From an uncultured virus (IMG/VR IMGVR_UViG_3300011437_000001) (Duplodnaviria > Heunggongvirae > Uroviricota > Caudoviricetes), in IMG/VR virus record IMGVR_UViG_3300011437_000001: a stretch of DNA of 20,000 bases; one strand, 5' to 3'. The notes under the pieces were generated by a model, which searched no databases, was not told the DNA's origin, and saw only the letters and a program-made list of their open reading frames with translations. Both the position numbers and the translations under genes were made by a program. Shown in pieces: positions 1 to 10,100 of the stretch (position 1 is its first letter; each line of letters begins with the position of its first letter).

Positions 1-2
1 TG

Positions 3-2306
3 GATCTGGCGGACACGGACGCGGTCACGGGTGCCCTGCCCCTCGCCAACATCGTGCAGATCGCCACCGACAAGTTGCTGGGACGGGTGAGCGCATCCAC
101 GGGCGTCATTGAGGAAGTCACCTTCACGGATTTCGCGCAATCACTGGTGGACGACGTCGATGCGGCAGCGGCGCGCACGACGTTGGGACTGGTGATTGGC
201 ACCGACGTGCAGGCTTACGATTCCGACTTGGCGGCCATCGCCGCGCTGGCCACCACGGAAGGTTTCTACCGCAAGACCGGCGCCGGCACGGTTGTCGTCC
301 ACAAGTCGAACCTGGCCGCCGCGGTTGACCCCACAGTCAACGAGGACAGCGGCGACGGCTACTCGGTCGGCAGCGTGTGGATCAATACCACCGCGGACAA
401 AGTGTTCTTCGCGGCGGACGTGGCCGTGGGCGCCGCCGTGTGGAAAGAGGCCGGCGGCGGGGGCGGCGGCAACTCGTTTGCGACCATTGATTGCCCCAGC
501 GGCACGGACCCCGTCGCGGACTCGGCCACCGACACGCTGCAACTTCTGGCCGGCTCCACGAAGATGAGCATCACCGGCGACTCGGCCGCCGACTCCATCA
601 CCTTCGACGTGGTGGAGGCCAACATCGACCACGGCTCGATCGGCGGACTCGCGGACGACGACCACACCCAATATCTGCTGGCGGCCGGCACGCGAGCGCT
701 GACTGGCAACTGGGACACCGGCGCGTTCAAAGTCATCACCAAGCAGCTCGATCTCGGGCTGGGCTACGACTCTGAGAACAATCTGAACGTCGAGGCCAAG
801 GATGGCAACGCGGACGTCTCGACGATTGCAACGTGGCGCCGGGGGCGGTCTGGTGCCAATGGTGCGGCTGGTCTTGGTCTGCGGCACAACATGCAGATCG
901 AGAACAGTGCAGGTGCTTTCCATGACGCGGCCTACCTCGACGTAGCCTGGGACGATGCCACGGACACCAGCGAGGACGCATCGCTGACCATCTCGCTCTT
1001 CACTGGCGGCTCGGCGACGGAATGCCTGAAGCTCACAGGTACGGCGGGCACGTTAGGTACAGTCCCCATCGTCACCACCTCGGGCGCACAGACGCTCACC
1101 AACAAGTCGATCGTTGCCAGCCAGTTGACCGGCGCCGTGGCCATCGCCAACGGCGGCACGGGCCAGACGGCACAGACCGCGGCCTTTGACGCTTTGGCCC
1201 CCACCACCACCAAGGGCGACCTGATCGCGCACGACGGCACGGACAACGTGCGGCTGGTCAAGGGCACCGACGGGCAAGTGCTGGTCGCCGATTCGACGGC
1301 AACGGCAGGGGTCAAGTGGGACGACATGGGAGTAGGCGAGATCAGTGTTCTCGACCTGAACTCCGCACAGGACGTTGTGGCGGCCGGCAGCACCGAAGAG
1401 ACGATTTACACCTACACCGTGCCTGCCAACACGCTCAGTGCCAACGGCATGCACCTTGAGCTGGAGGCGATGGGCACCTTCGCCAACACCAGCAACACCA
1501 AGACGCTGCGCATCTATTGGGGCGGCACGCTGCTCTTTACCTTCACGCATTCGGTTACGGCCTTCTCCGACGACTGGTATCTCAAATGCGTCATCGTTCG
1601 CACCGGGGCCAGTACGCAGAAGTGTGTCGCCTTTGTCGTGGTGGATCACGCCGAAGGTCACGCGATCTACGCCTCCGCCTCCAAGGATCTGACGGCCAAT
1701 CAGGCGCTGGAGATCCGCGGCGAGGCGACGGCGGCATCGAACCTGGCCAAGGAGTGCGCCAAGGTTTCGCTGGTGGACCCCACGGCGCAGAGCGGGGCCG
1801 TCGGTCGCTACTGGACCAAGGAATGGGACCCCGGCATGGTGACGAATCCCGCCAGCGCCTTCGCGGATTTCGGCGTTCAAAACAACCGGGACGTTAACGC
1901 TTTCGATAAGAACACCGACGAGAGCGTGATCCTGGAGGGCATCGTGCCCTCCAAGTTCCGTGGTACGGGCACTCTTAAGCTGCGAATGCTGGCCATGTCC
2001 AGCACCACCACGGCGGCGGACGACGCGCGCATCGACGTGGTGACGGAGTTCCGCACGCCGGGGCAGAGCGAGTCGGGCAACATCGACAACTTCGACGGCA
2101 CGGCGGACAGCGGCACGTTCACCTTCTCCACCACAGCCTACTCGATTCAAGAGTTAATCATCACGCTTACCCCGGCGACAACGCCTGCCGCTGGCGATCT
2201 GTTTCGCATCAAAGTCACCCGCGACGCCGACAACGCATCCAGCTTGGATTCGCTCGACGCGGATTTGCTGGTGCTCGGTTACGAGTTTTACGAGGAAGTA
2301 CCTTAA
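3..2306 (+). CDS. Phage tail fibre-like mosaic structural protein (5' end lies before the window)
   Basis: The frame is open from base 3 (DLADTDAVTGALPLANIVQ...), so GTG at 54 is probably internal. The protein is Ala/Thr/Gly/Asp-rich with short modules typical of phage fibres: AAARTTLGLVIGTDVQAYD, DPTVNEDSGDGYSVGSVWINT, IDHGSIGGLADDDHTQY, GAQTLTNKSI, VAIANGGTGQT, TTKGDLI...GTDGQVLVADSTATAGVKW. Confidence 0.75.
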   Translation, partial: DLADTDAVTGALPLANIVQIATDKLLGRVSASTGVIEEVTFTDFAQSLVDDVDAAAARTTLGLVIGTDVQAYDSDLAAIAALATTEGFYRKTGAGTVVVHKSNLAAAVDPTVNEDSGDGYSVGSVWINTTADKVFFAADVAVGAAVWKEAGGGGGGNSFATIDCPSGTDPVADSATDTLQLLAGSTKMSITGDSAADSITFDVVEANIDHGSIGGLADDDHTQYLLAAGTRALTGNWDTGAFKVITKQLDLGLGYDSENNLNVEAKDGNADVSTIATWRRGRSGANGAAGLGLRHNMQIENSAGAFHDAAYLDVAWDDATDTSEDASLTISLFTGGSATECLKLTGTAGTLGTVPIVTTSGAQTLTNKSIVASQLTGAVAIANGGTGQTAQTAAFDALAPTTTKGDLIAHDGTDNVRLVKGTDGQVLVADSTATAGVKWDDMGVGEISVLDLNSAQDVVAAGSTEETIYTYTVPANTLSANGMHLELEAMGTFANTSNTKTLRIYWGGTLLFTFTHSVTAFSDDWYLKCVIVRTGASTQKCVAFVVVDHAEGHAIYASASKDLTANQALEIRGEATAASNLAKECAKVSLVDPTAQSGAVGRYWTKEWDPGMVTNPASAFADFGVQNNRDVNAFDKNTDESVILEGIVPSKFRGTGTLKLRMLAMSSTTTAADDARIDVVTEFRTPGQSESGNIDNFDGTADSGTFTFSTTAYSIQELIITLTPATTPAAGDLFRIKVTRDADNASSLDSLDADLLVLGYEFYEEVP

Positions 2307-2324
2307 CCAAAGAAGGAGATTCAA

Positions 2325-2570
2325 ATGAGGACCATCATCGGCTTGCTGTTCACCATCTGTTTGACCGGCTGTGCCAACCACTGCACAAAGCCAGGCACGA
2401 CGGCCAAGGCCAAGGTAATCGAGAGCGACTGGTCACTGTCGTGGTGCTGCCAGCAGAACGCCTGCTGGTACAAACCGAGTTGCAACGATCCGCTTGCCAG
2501 TGAGTCGAATTGTCTCGGCACCTGCCATGCCACGCGGGCGGACTGCCTGACGTATTGTCTGCCGGAGTAG
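2325..2570 (+). CDS. Small Cys-rich lipoprotein (81 aa)
   Basis: AAGGAG Shine-Dalgarno upstream of ATG. Signal peptide MRTIIGLLFTIC-LTGC with a lipobox Cys16. 11 Cys in total. Confidence 0.7.
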   Translation: MRTIIGLLFTICLTGCANHCTKPGTTAKAKVIESDWSLSWCCQQNACWYKPSCNDPLASESNCLGTCHATRADCLTYCLPE

Positions 2571-2573
2571 CTC

Positions 2574-3323
2574 GTGGCTATTGACTTCGACGGGACGAAT
2601 GACGGCCTCGACGTGGACATTTCTGCGTTCGGGGCCACCATTTCTTCGATCTTCCTGCACGGATATTTCCACTACGATACGGCAGGTACGATACGCAACA
2701 TCGTTCGCTTTCGGGACAGTGGCGATAACACGAAATTCGTTCGCCTCACGCGAACATCTGGTACGGTAACCCTGCGCATCCAGAACGGCACTGGCAATCA
2801 GAGAAATTATGGAATTTCCGGCTTGTCGGCAGGCACTTGGTACGGGTTCCAGATGTACGCCATCGGCACTTCGGGCACATTGTACTCGGGCCTGAGGATT
2901 TGGAATAACAACACCATCGCGGGGGCATGGGACACCGTAGACCCGGACGCCGGGACGCCGTTGGTACCGAGCAACCTAGATACCTGCCATTTCGGGTACA
3001 ACGGACTGGGGCTTGAGTTTTGGGACGGGCGGCTTGCGGAGTTCTGGCTTCATACTGCCTTCGACCCCGAGGGCACTACTGGAGACTCTACCGGAGTTCC
3101 ACTGGCTAATGCTTTGGGCAACAACAACTCTCCGCTGTACATAATGTCACCAGTTTATGATTATTTTGGGGCACTATGGCACTACTGGCCGATGCGCTCC
3201 GCTTCGCACCTGACCGACGTGTTCAACAAGGCCGCGCTGACGCTGGTGGATGCACCGGCAAGCCATCTGAGTCACCCCAAAATCAAGGCCCGACGATTCG
3301 GCAGGTCGGCCGTTGTTCGATAG
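2574..3323 (+). CDS. LamG/concanavalin A-like beta-sandwich protein, probable tail or receptor-binding component
   Basis: N-terminal AIDFDGTND, GTWYGF and FWDGRLAEFWL motifs resemble LamG-like domains. Lies between tail-type genes and has more A/T-ending codons than its neighbours. Confidence 0.6.
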   Translation: MAIDFDGTNDGLDVDISAFGATISSIFLHGYFHYDTAGTIRNIVRFRDSGDNTKFVRLTRTSGTVTLRIQNGTGNQRNYGISGLSAGTWYGFQMYAIGTSGTLYSGLRIWNNNTIAGAWDTVDPDAGTPLVPSNLDTCHFGYNGLGLEFWDGRLAEFWLHTAFDPEGTTGDSTGVPLANALGNNNSPLYIMSPVYDYFGALWHYWPMRSASHLTDVFNKAALTLVDAPASHLSHPKIKARRFGRSAVVR

Positions 3324-3333
3324 GTAAAAACCC

Positions 3334-3735
3334 ATGGCCACCAAGCGCGAAAAAACCATCCTGATCGAGTTCTTCAAGACGGGCACGCTGCCCACCGGCG
3401 CGCAGTTCGAGGAGCTGATCGTCAGCCTGGAGGATTGCCTGCCGCCCAAGACGCTGGAAGTGGTCAGCGGAGCGGTCACCAGAACGCAGCGCATGCACCG
3501 CGTGGACACCGAGAACCTCGCGTCCACCGATGACCTGACCACCATCAACGGCATGCTGGACGGGGAGATCATCATTCTGAGCTGCGCCAATCCGGCGCGG
3601 CCTGTCACCGTAAAGAGTACGGACAATGTCGATATTGCCAGTGACATGGTGCTCGATGCCTGGCGAAAGAACATCGGCTTGTTCTACAACGGCTCGCAAG
3701 GCAAGCTGAACGAGCTTTGGAGGAACGCAACATGA
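3334..3735 (+). CDS. Small phage tail-associated structural protein (133 aa)
   Basis: N-terminal REKTILIEFFKTGTLPTGAQFEELIVSL and internal VDTENLASTDDLTTINGMLDGEIIIL resemble modules of phage tail proteins. GC-rich codon usage. Stop overlaps the next ATG (ATGA). Confidence 0.55.
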   Translation: MATKREKTILIEFFKTGTLPTGAQFEELIVSLEDCLPPKTLEVVSGAVTRTQRMHRVDTENLASTDDLTTINGMLDGEIIILSCANPARPVTVKSTDNVDIASDMVLDAWRKNIGLFYNGSQGKLNELWRNAT

Positions 3736-4175
3736 ACCAGAACTTCGGCGGCTACTCGCCGCAGACAATGCAATCGTCGTCGCCGCAGGGTGCAAACCCC
3801 ATGCGGCAGAACCCGTTCCGCCAGGACTTCCTGGGTGGACTGCGACAACGCTTCCCCGGCCTGCCGTGGGGACAATCGGCTGGCGGAGGCATGGGCGGAG
3901 GCGCAGGCGGCACGTTCGCAGCGAACAAGCCGCCGAACTTCCTGGGCCACAGCCAGGGCGCGGCGGAGTTTAACGGTGTCGATGGAGCGCTCATGGACGG
4001 ATGGCTGGGAGGCATGGACCCTCAGGTCGCCCAGACCTACCTCATGGAGCAGCAAAGTTTGGCGAGGCAAAACGCTCTGGCGCAGCAATATTTTAACGAA
4101 TGGCGCAACATGATGAATAGCGCATACAACCAGTCGGCAAGCATGCTGCGCAACGCCGGGCAATTCATCGTCTAA
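3732..4175 (+). CDS. Putative internal virion protein 1 (Gln/Gly/Met/Asn-rich, 147 aa)
   Basis: ATG at 3732 overlaps the upstream TGA (ATGA), preferred over the TTG at 3717. Low complexity, Cys-free, contains QNPFR. Confidence 0.6.
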   Translation: MNQNFGGYSPQTMQSSSPQGANPMRQNPFRQDFLGGLRQRFPGLPWGQSAGGGMGGGAGGTFAANKPPNFLGHSQGAAEFNGVDGALMDGWLGGMDPQVAQTYLMEQQSLARQNALAQQYFNEWRNMMNSAYNQSASMLRNAGQFIV

Positions 4176-4195
4176 GCAAAGAGAGGGCAGTCACA

Positions 4196-5026
4196 ATGGC
4201 ATCTTCGGAATTTGGCAATTGGGGCTTCGGCGACCCCTCCTCGTTCTCGGGAACAGATCCAACCGGAACATTCGGGCAGAACGCATGGGAGAAGAGCGCC
4301 GGGGATTTCAGTGGACGGCGCGACAGCCATCCATTCGCCGGAACGGATTCTTCGGATTCCAGCTTTCAGCCGCCACCGTGGATTGCTGAACAGCGCGAAA
4401 GGGTGAGGCAGTTTTTTCAGGAGAGAATGGATCCCAGCTACAGCATGTTCTCGCCCCAAGCTCGCGACTCAGCCGCGCGACAAGTTGGTGCCGGCGTGGC
4501 CACCAACGAGCGCCGCATGCGTGACTCGTTCGCGTCTCGCGGCATCAGCGGCGGCGGGATCGGGGAGCAATCCGTTGGCGCCATGCGGAACCAAGGAAAT
4601 CTTGGTTTGCAGGATATCTACGCGCAAATGTCCGTGCAGGATGAAGGACAGAGGACGGCCGCCGCACAAGCGATGGATAACATTGCGCGATACGGGAACG
4701 ACACCGCGTTGCGCCTGTACGAAGCCCAACTGAACCTGCCCACGCAGCAGGCGGCAGCCATGAGTGGGCCGATTCTTGCTGGACCAGATTTGCAGTTTTC
4801 CGATCCAGCGACGTGGTTCGGCATCGGCCAAGACAAGGAATTGCTCGACATGAGCATCCAGCAGGCAATGGACGAAGGCTTGCTCAGTGGACAAGACCTG
4901 CTCGGCATGGGCCTCGAAGGTCTAGGCGCTGACGTATCAATCGGCACGTTGATCCCGGTGATGGGAATCGGATGGGTGATGTCGTTGATGGATCGTCGCA
5001 ACGCCAAGCTTGGAGGGTATAGCTAA
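4196..5026 (+). CDS. Putative internal virion/ejection protein 2 (276 aa)
   Basis: GAGGG upstream. Cys-free and helical, with a SFASRGISGGGIG motif seen in phage ejection/pilot-type proteins and a C-terminal hydrophobic segment. TAATG overlap with the next gene. Confidence 0.6.
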   Translation: MASSEFGNWGFGDPSSFSGTDPTGTFGQNAWEKSAGDFSGRRDSHPFAGTDSSDSSFQPPPWIAEQRERVRQFFQERMDPSYSMFSPQARDSAARQVGAGVATNERRMRDSFASRGISGGGIGEQSVGAMRNQGNLGLQDIYAQMSVQDEGQRTAAAQAMDNIARYGNDTALRLYEAQLNLPTQQAAAMSGPILAGPDLQFSDPATWFGIGQDKELLDMSIQQAMDEGLLSGQDLLGMGLEGLGADVSIGTLIPVMGIGWVMSLMDRRNAKLGGYS

Positions 5027-5781
5027 TGCCAATCACCCGAGGAACGCCGGGCTCGCGCGGCCTGTCGGGCCACATGGGCGCACTTGCGAGTGGCCCCTTG
5101 AATTACGCGCTGCAAATGCCTGCGCACAACAAGGCGCGCATGATGGATTCCATCTCGCGCTTCTTCCAGGCCCAGCAAGCCAAGCGTGAGGCGCGCAAAG
5201 CTGAGCGCGGCGGCGGCGGACCTGCCGGCGCTGCGATCGGTGCTGTCGCTGGTGCCGTGCTTGCCCCCTTCACCTTCGGCGCGAGCTTGGCCGCTGTTCC
5301 CGCCATGGCTTCCGCAGGCGCGAGCATTGGCGGCGCGGTTGGCAGCTACGCCAAGCCCGCCGGTTCGCCGCAGGCGCAGGCCCGCGACGACGCCATGACG
5401 GGCATGATCGGCGGCGCTCTTGCTCCGCTGGGCGCTGGCCTTGCCGGCGGTTTCGCGGCCAAGGCCAATCCGCGCAGCACGATGAGTTCCACGCCCACGG
5501 GGACGGTCGAGGGGATCACCGGCAGCGACGAGATCGGCACCATGGTGGACGATTCCGGCGAAGCCATCGGCAGCATGACCGAGCCGCGCACGGAAGCCAT
5601 CGGCACCACGGTGCAGCCCATCAAGATCACGGAAGAGAACCCGTTCCGCCGCGGCTTCCAGGATGTGTACCAGGGTGCCGAGCATCTGCGCAACACGAAC
5701 CCGTTCTTGGGGCAGTTCACTCCATGGCCGCAGCAGGAACTGATTCCCTCGAAGCGCTACGGCGGATTCAATCAGAACTAA
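5026..5781 (+). CDS. Putative ejection protein 3 with glycine-zipper hydrophobic hairpin (251 aa)
   Basis: GPAGAAIGAVAGAVLAPFTFGASLAAVPAMASAGASIGGAVG glycine zipper. Coupled start (TAATG). Two NPF motifs near the C-terminus. Confidence 0.65.
   Translation: MPITRGTPGSRGLSGHMGALASGPLNYALQMPAHNKARMMDSISRFFQAQQAKREARKAERGGGGPAGAAIGAVAGAVLAPFTFGASLAAVPAMASAGASIGGAVGSYAKPAGSPQAQARDDAMTGMIGGALAPLGAGLAGGFAAKANPRSTMSSTPTGTVEGITGSDEIGTMVDDSGEAIGSMTEPRTEAIGTTVQPIKITEENPFRRGFQDVYQGAEHLRNTNPFLGQFTPWPQQELIPSKRYGGFNQN
5527..5610 (+). repeat. Three degenerate in-frame 33-bp (11-aa) repeats
   Basis: DEIGTMVDDSG / EAIGSMTEPRT / EAIGTT start at 5527, 5560 and 5593. GAAGCCATCGGCA is identical in copies 2 and 3. 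Confidence 0.6.
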
Positions 5782-5799
5782 GAGGAGGTCGATTCACCA

Positions 5800-7164
5800 A
5801 TGCCCGCGACCGCACCTTACCAGCCCATCACCCCCAACGGTTCGCCTGACTTTCCGCAGGCGAACCTTTCCACGCGACCCGAGTGGGACGACTTCGATCG
5901 CCCGGAGTTTGCGCCAGAGCCGCAGGCCCCGCAGCGGCCGCCGACCATGTACCCCGGCGCGGCGGACATGTACGCCCGCGAACAGCAGGTGATGAACGGC
6001 GGCGCCGGAGGCATGGGCGCGCCGTCGGGCGGCGATCCGGCGCAGGAGTTTTACCAGCGGCTGATGGAGGCCCAGGAGTTCATCGCCATGCACCGCGAGG
6101 CGCAGGCTCCGCTCCCGCAGGCACCAAACGTGCCGACTCCGCCGCGCATGATGGATTTCGCGGAGTGGGCAGACCAGAAGTACCCGGAATTTGCCGGGCG
6201 TTACGTTACCCCGGAACTGGCGCGCACGATTCGCGCTCAGTACGAGTCCGAGATGGAAATGGCCCAGCAGATGTACGCCAACGATATGGACCGCTTCGGC
6301 GCGGAGATCGAGGCGGCCAAGTTCCTGATGGGCGGCGGTGGTCGAGGCGGTCGCGGCGGCGACGGCAATCCACTGGCTGACGCCATGGAGATGATGAAGC
6401 TGCAAAAGGACTTCATGCCCGAGCAGCCGGAAGCGCCGGGGAGCATCGATGCCTGGCTCGCGGGCAACCTGAACGAAGGCAAAACTCCGCAAGAAGTCGG
6501 CGGCATGCGCCGGAACATCATGGGTATGGAAGGCGGCGAAGAGGACGACGGCCTGATGACCGGCATGGCCAAGGGTCGCACCGCCGATCACCTGTGGTGG
6601 CAGATGACCCTCTCCGCCATGGGCTACAACAGTCCGCAAGACATCCCCGCGGAGAAGCGGCAGCAGGTGCTCACGTCGCTGATGAAGGACTTCCAGCAGT
6701 GGAAAACGCGCCCCGACAAGTTCGACGCGCTGGCTCTCGCCGGCAAGATGATGGGCGGCGGCCTGGAGTTCACCGACGAAGAGATCGAGCAGCAGTTCGG
6801 ACCCGGCACCGCGCCGCTCATTCGCAAGCGGCTGATGGAGCAGTTGCAGGGCGGCAGCGGCCAGCTACCGCAGGGGCCAACCCCTGCGACTGAGTCGTTA
6901 CCGCAGGGGTTCCCGGGCATGCAAGCGCCTCCCGCCATGCCCGCGATGCAATCCGGCGCACCCAACCCGTTCCCGGACCCGGAAGTGGACCTTGCCCCCG
7001 TTGCGGAGTTTCTGGAAGCTGTCCGCGGCGGGGAGATCAACCTTGACGAAGCCATGGAAGCCATCGTGACCGCTGTTGCCGATGGGACGATCGACCGCAA
7101 CACGGGCCGCGCGGCCATGGCAGAACTCCGCAAGATTCGTCCGCCCACCGGTCAGCAACCGTAA
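5800..7164 (+). CDS. Putative internal virion/ejection protein 4 (Pro/Met/Gln/Glu-rich, 454 aa)
   Basis: Strong GAGGAGGT Shine-Dalgarno, Cys-free, GC-rich codon usage, TAATG overlap with the giant gene. Confidence 0.65.
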   Translation: MPATAPYQPITPNGSPDFPQANLSTRPEWDDFDRPEFAPEPQAPQRPPTMYPGAADMYAREQQVMNGGAGGMGAPSGGDPAQEFYQRLMEAQEFIAMHREAQAPLPQAPNVPTPPRMMDFAEWADQKYPEFAGRYVTPELARTIRAQYESEMEMAQQMYANDMDRFGAEIEAAKFLMGGGGRGGRGGDGNPLADAMEMMKLQKDFMPEQPEAPGSIDAWLAGNLNEGKTPQEVGGMRRNIMGMEGGEEDDGLMTGMAKGRTADHLWWQMTLSAMGYNSPQDIPAEKRQQVLTSLMKDFQQWKTRPDKFDALALAGKMMGGGLEFTDEEIEQQFGPGTAPLIRKRLMEQLQGGSGQLPQGPTPATESLPQGFPGMQAPPAMPAMQSGAPNPFPDPEVDLAPVAEFLEAVRGGEINLDEAMEAIVTAVADGTIDRNTGRAAMAELRKIRPPTGQQP

Positions 7165-10100
7165 TGCCCAACGACAACCCGTTCATCGTTAAGCCCACCT
7201 TCGACGAACTCGTCCAAGGTGAGAAGATGCTCCAGGTCGCGGAGCGCGCTTACCGTGCGCGCTACGAGCACGCCGAGCGCGAAGCCGCCAAGCCCAAGCC
7301 GCCGCCGGAAAAGAAGGGCTTTTTCCGCAAAGCTCGCGACATCGCCGTCGAAGGCGCGTCCCACACCCTGCCCGGGCAGATCGCGCAACTCGCCGCCGGC
7401 GTGCAACTCACGCCCGAGACGATGGGCACTGAGGACCTCGGCACCGTGGGACGCGGCATGGCGGGCATCGGCGGCTTTGCGGCGGACCCCGTAACCTGGG
7501 GCAGCATGGGCTTGGGGCGTCTGGCCGGCGGTGCAGCCATGAAGGGCGCAGCCACCATACTCGGCGAGAAGGGCATGCAGAAGGTCGCCGAGTCCGGGCT
7601 GAAGCGCCTGGCGCTGAAGGGTGCGACTGCTGCTCCCGCCGGCGCGACCACACTGGCCGGCATCGAAGCGGTCAAGAACCCGTTCGCGCAACTCATCGCC
7701 ACGGGCGAATACAGCCCGGGCGAGCACGCCAAGGAAACACTCAAGAGCGCGGCACTCGGCGGCGCTGCGGGAGCCGCTGGTGCGTTGCCCATGGTCGGCT
7801 TGCCGGCGGAAGTCGCCACCTTCGCGGTGGGCGAACCGCTGCTGCACGGCGAAATGCCAGACCAAGAGGATTGGCTGAACGCGGCCATGACCATCGGCGG
7901 TTTGCGTGCCGCGGGCATCGTGACGCGGGGGATGAAGGATGTCGCCGCCCGCACCCCGCCCAAGGAAGTGGCGAAGAACATCCTCCGCGAGATGGACCCG
8001 CGCGAGGGCCTGTTCGTGTTCCGCGCCGCCCAGCACGCCCGGGCCCAGCGGGAGAACGCCTACAAGTACGCGCCGCCGGAAGGCACCAACGGGCGCTACG
8101 AGCCCATCCCCGTCACCTTGACGCCCGACGGCAAGCCCGCCAAAGGCACCAAGTGGGCGGTGCGGGATAAAGACGCCGACCGCATCGACGCCAAGCAGTA
8201 CGACAACTTCCTCGATGCGGCGAGCTCGGCGGACAAGGTGAACTTCACCGTCGCCGATCAGCCCAACCTCACGGCCAAGTCGCCGCTGGAAGTGGCGGAG
8301 CCGGGGCCTGTAGGTACCAGCGCTGCCCCACGGGGTCCGACGGCGGAAACGCCGACGCAGGCTCCGGCTCCCGCTACTCCGCCGGCCAAGCCCACCTTCC
8401 GCCAGTTCGTCGAGTCCAAAGGGTTCAAGTTGCCCGAGGGGAAGCCGACTCCCGAGCAGGTAGCCCAGATCAAGGCGTTCAAGGCGGAATACGACGCCAT
8501 CGGCGTTAAACCTGTCAGCACCACTGAACAGCCTCTAAAAACGCCGCAAACGGCCCAAGGAGCAACGCAGGCCGTTCCGAGTCCAACCGCACAGGGTAAG
8601 CCCGTAGAACCTCTTGGCGCAAGCGGGATCGATAAATTCGAGCTAAGCCAAGAGTCAGCCGTTGGTCAGCCTGCACCGGTAGTGCCAAAAACCAAGCCGG
8701 TCACGAAAAAGGCCATCGGCCAGGGCGTTAAGGATGCCCGTTCGGAGGTCCAGAAGCTCTACCAGCGGCACCGGGAGGTCATCGACGGGGAAGAGCCGGG
8801 GGTGCGTGACCGGGCCTTGTCCGAAGAGGCCAACGTCGAAACCGCCCTGCGGCCTGGGTACTCCTTCAAGCAAGGGTACGAGTCCCAGGCCAAGGAACTC
8901 CAGGAGCGGCTGCCGGCTGACCTGCGGAAGAACGTGCGGGTGGTGAAAAAGGGTTCGCCCAACTACCAGTCCGCCGACGGCCAGGACGTGTTCGCCGGCG
9001 TGGGCACGGACAAGATGGCGGAGTCCATCATCCGCTACGCCGAGCAGGCCCCGGGGCGCAACAATGCGGCCGCCCTCGATCGCACCATCCAGTTCGCCAA
9101 GTCCAACCCGGAGATGTTCACCCCGGAAGAGCATGGGGTGATCAAGAACTACGAGCAGTCGCGCGTCGGCGAAGGCGTGGAACCCATCGCGGCTGAGCAG
9201 CTCAAGGTCGGCGACCAGTTCGAGATCCAGGGCAAGCCACACAAGGTGGAGGGGATCAGCCCGGACACCGGCAAAGTCAAGATCACCGACGACATCGATA
9301 TCGACCTGCCGGCCAGGGGCAAGGTGTTTGCGGATAAGGGGAGCCTGCGAGAGAAGCCGGCGAGCGTGGAGTTTGACCCCTTCGAGATTGAAGAGAACCC
9401 CTTCCGGCAGGAAGCCGCGATTCCCCCCCGCACCTCCGAGACCATGGGCGAAGCCATCGCCCTGTCGTCTCCGTCGGGCAAGATCAGCAAACGCGCCAAG
9501 CAAGCCGCAGAGCAGCGGCTGGGCGAAAAGCTGTTCGGCAAAGAGGGATTGCAGCGAACGCAGCCGGAGCAGCCAGCACCAGCAGAAGCCGCCGCACGCA
9601 AAGCCAAGGAGTTGCGCGACCTTGCGGCGCGAGGCATGAAGCCCAAGGCGTACGCGAAGGAAGCCGCGCGGCTGGAAGCTGAAGCCGCCAAGCCTCAGGA
9701 AATCGAATACTTCAAGGGCGACAGGATTCAGTACACCGGCAAGGTGACCCCCGAAGGCTGGCGTGAGTTCGTCTACCTGGAAGGTGCCAAGAAGGGGCAG
9801 ACCGGCGTTGCGCCCACGGCGGAGATGATCGCCAAGGATCGCGCGCAGCGGCAGAAGGAAGAGGCGGACATGCAAGCCGGGTTCCGCCGGCTCGCAGAAT
9901 CGCAGAAGAAGGAAACCCGCCAGCCCAAGCAGATCATCGAGGACACGGTAGCCGAGAATCTGGCCGCCGCGGGCAAGAGCGACCCGGTGACGTTCACTGA
10001 CGGCACGCGCACGCTGCAACTGTGGAAGAGCAAAACGCTGGCCGGCACGCGCTACACGATCGCGGAGCTCAAGGACGGGAAGCCCGTCGGCACCTGGACC

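Noticed and set aside
1..3735. Diversity-generating retroelement acting on tail or lectin genes
   Set aside because: No reverse transcriptase and no template/variable repeat pair visible in the window.
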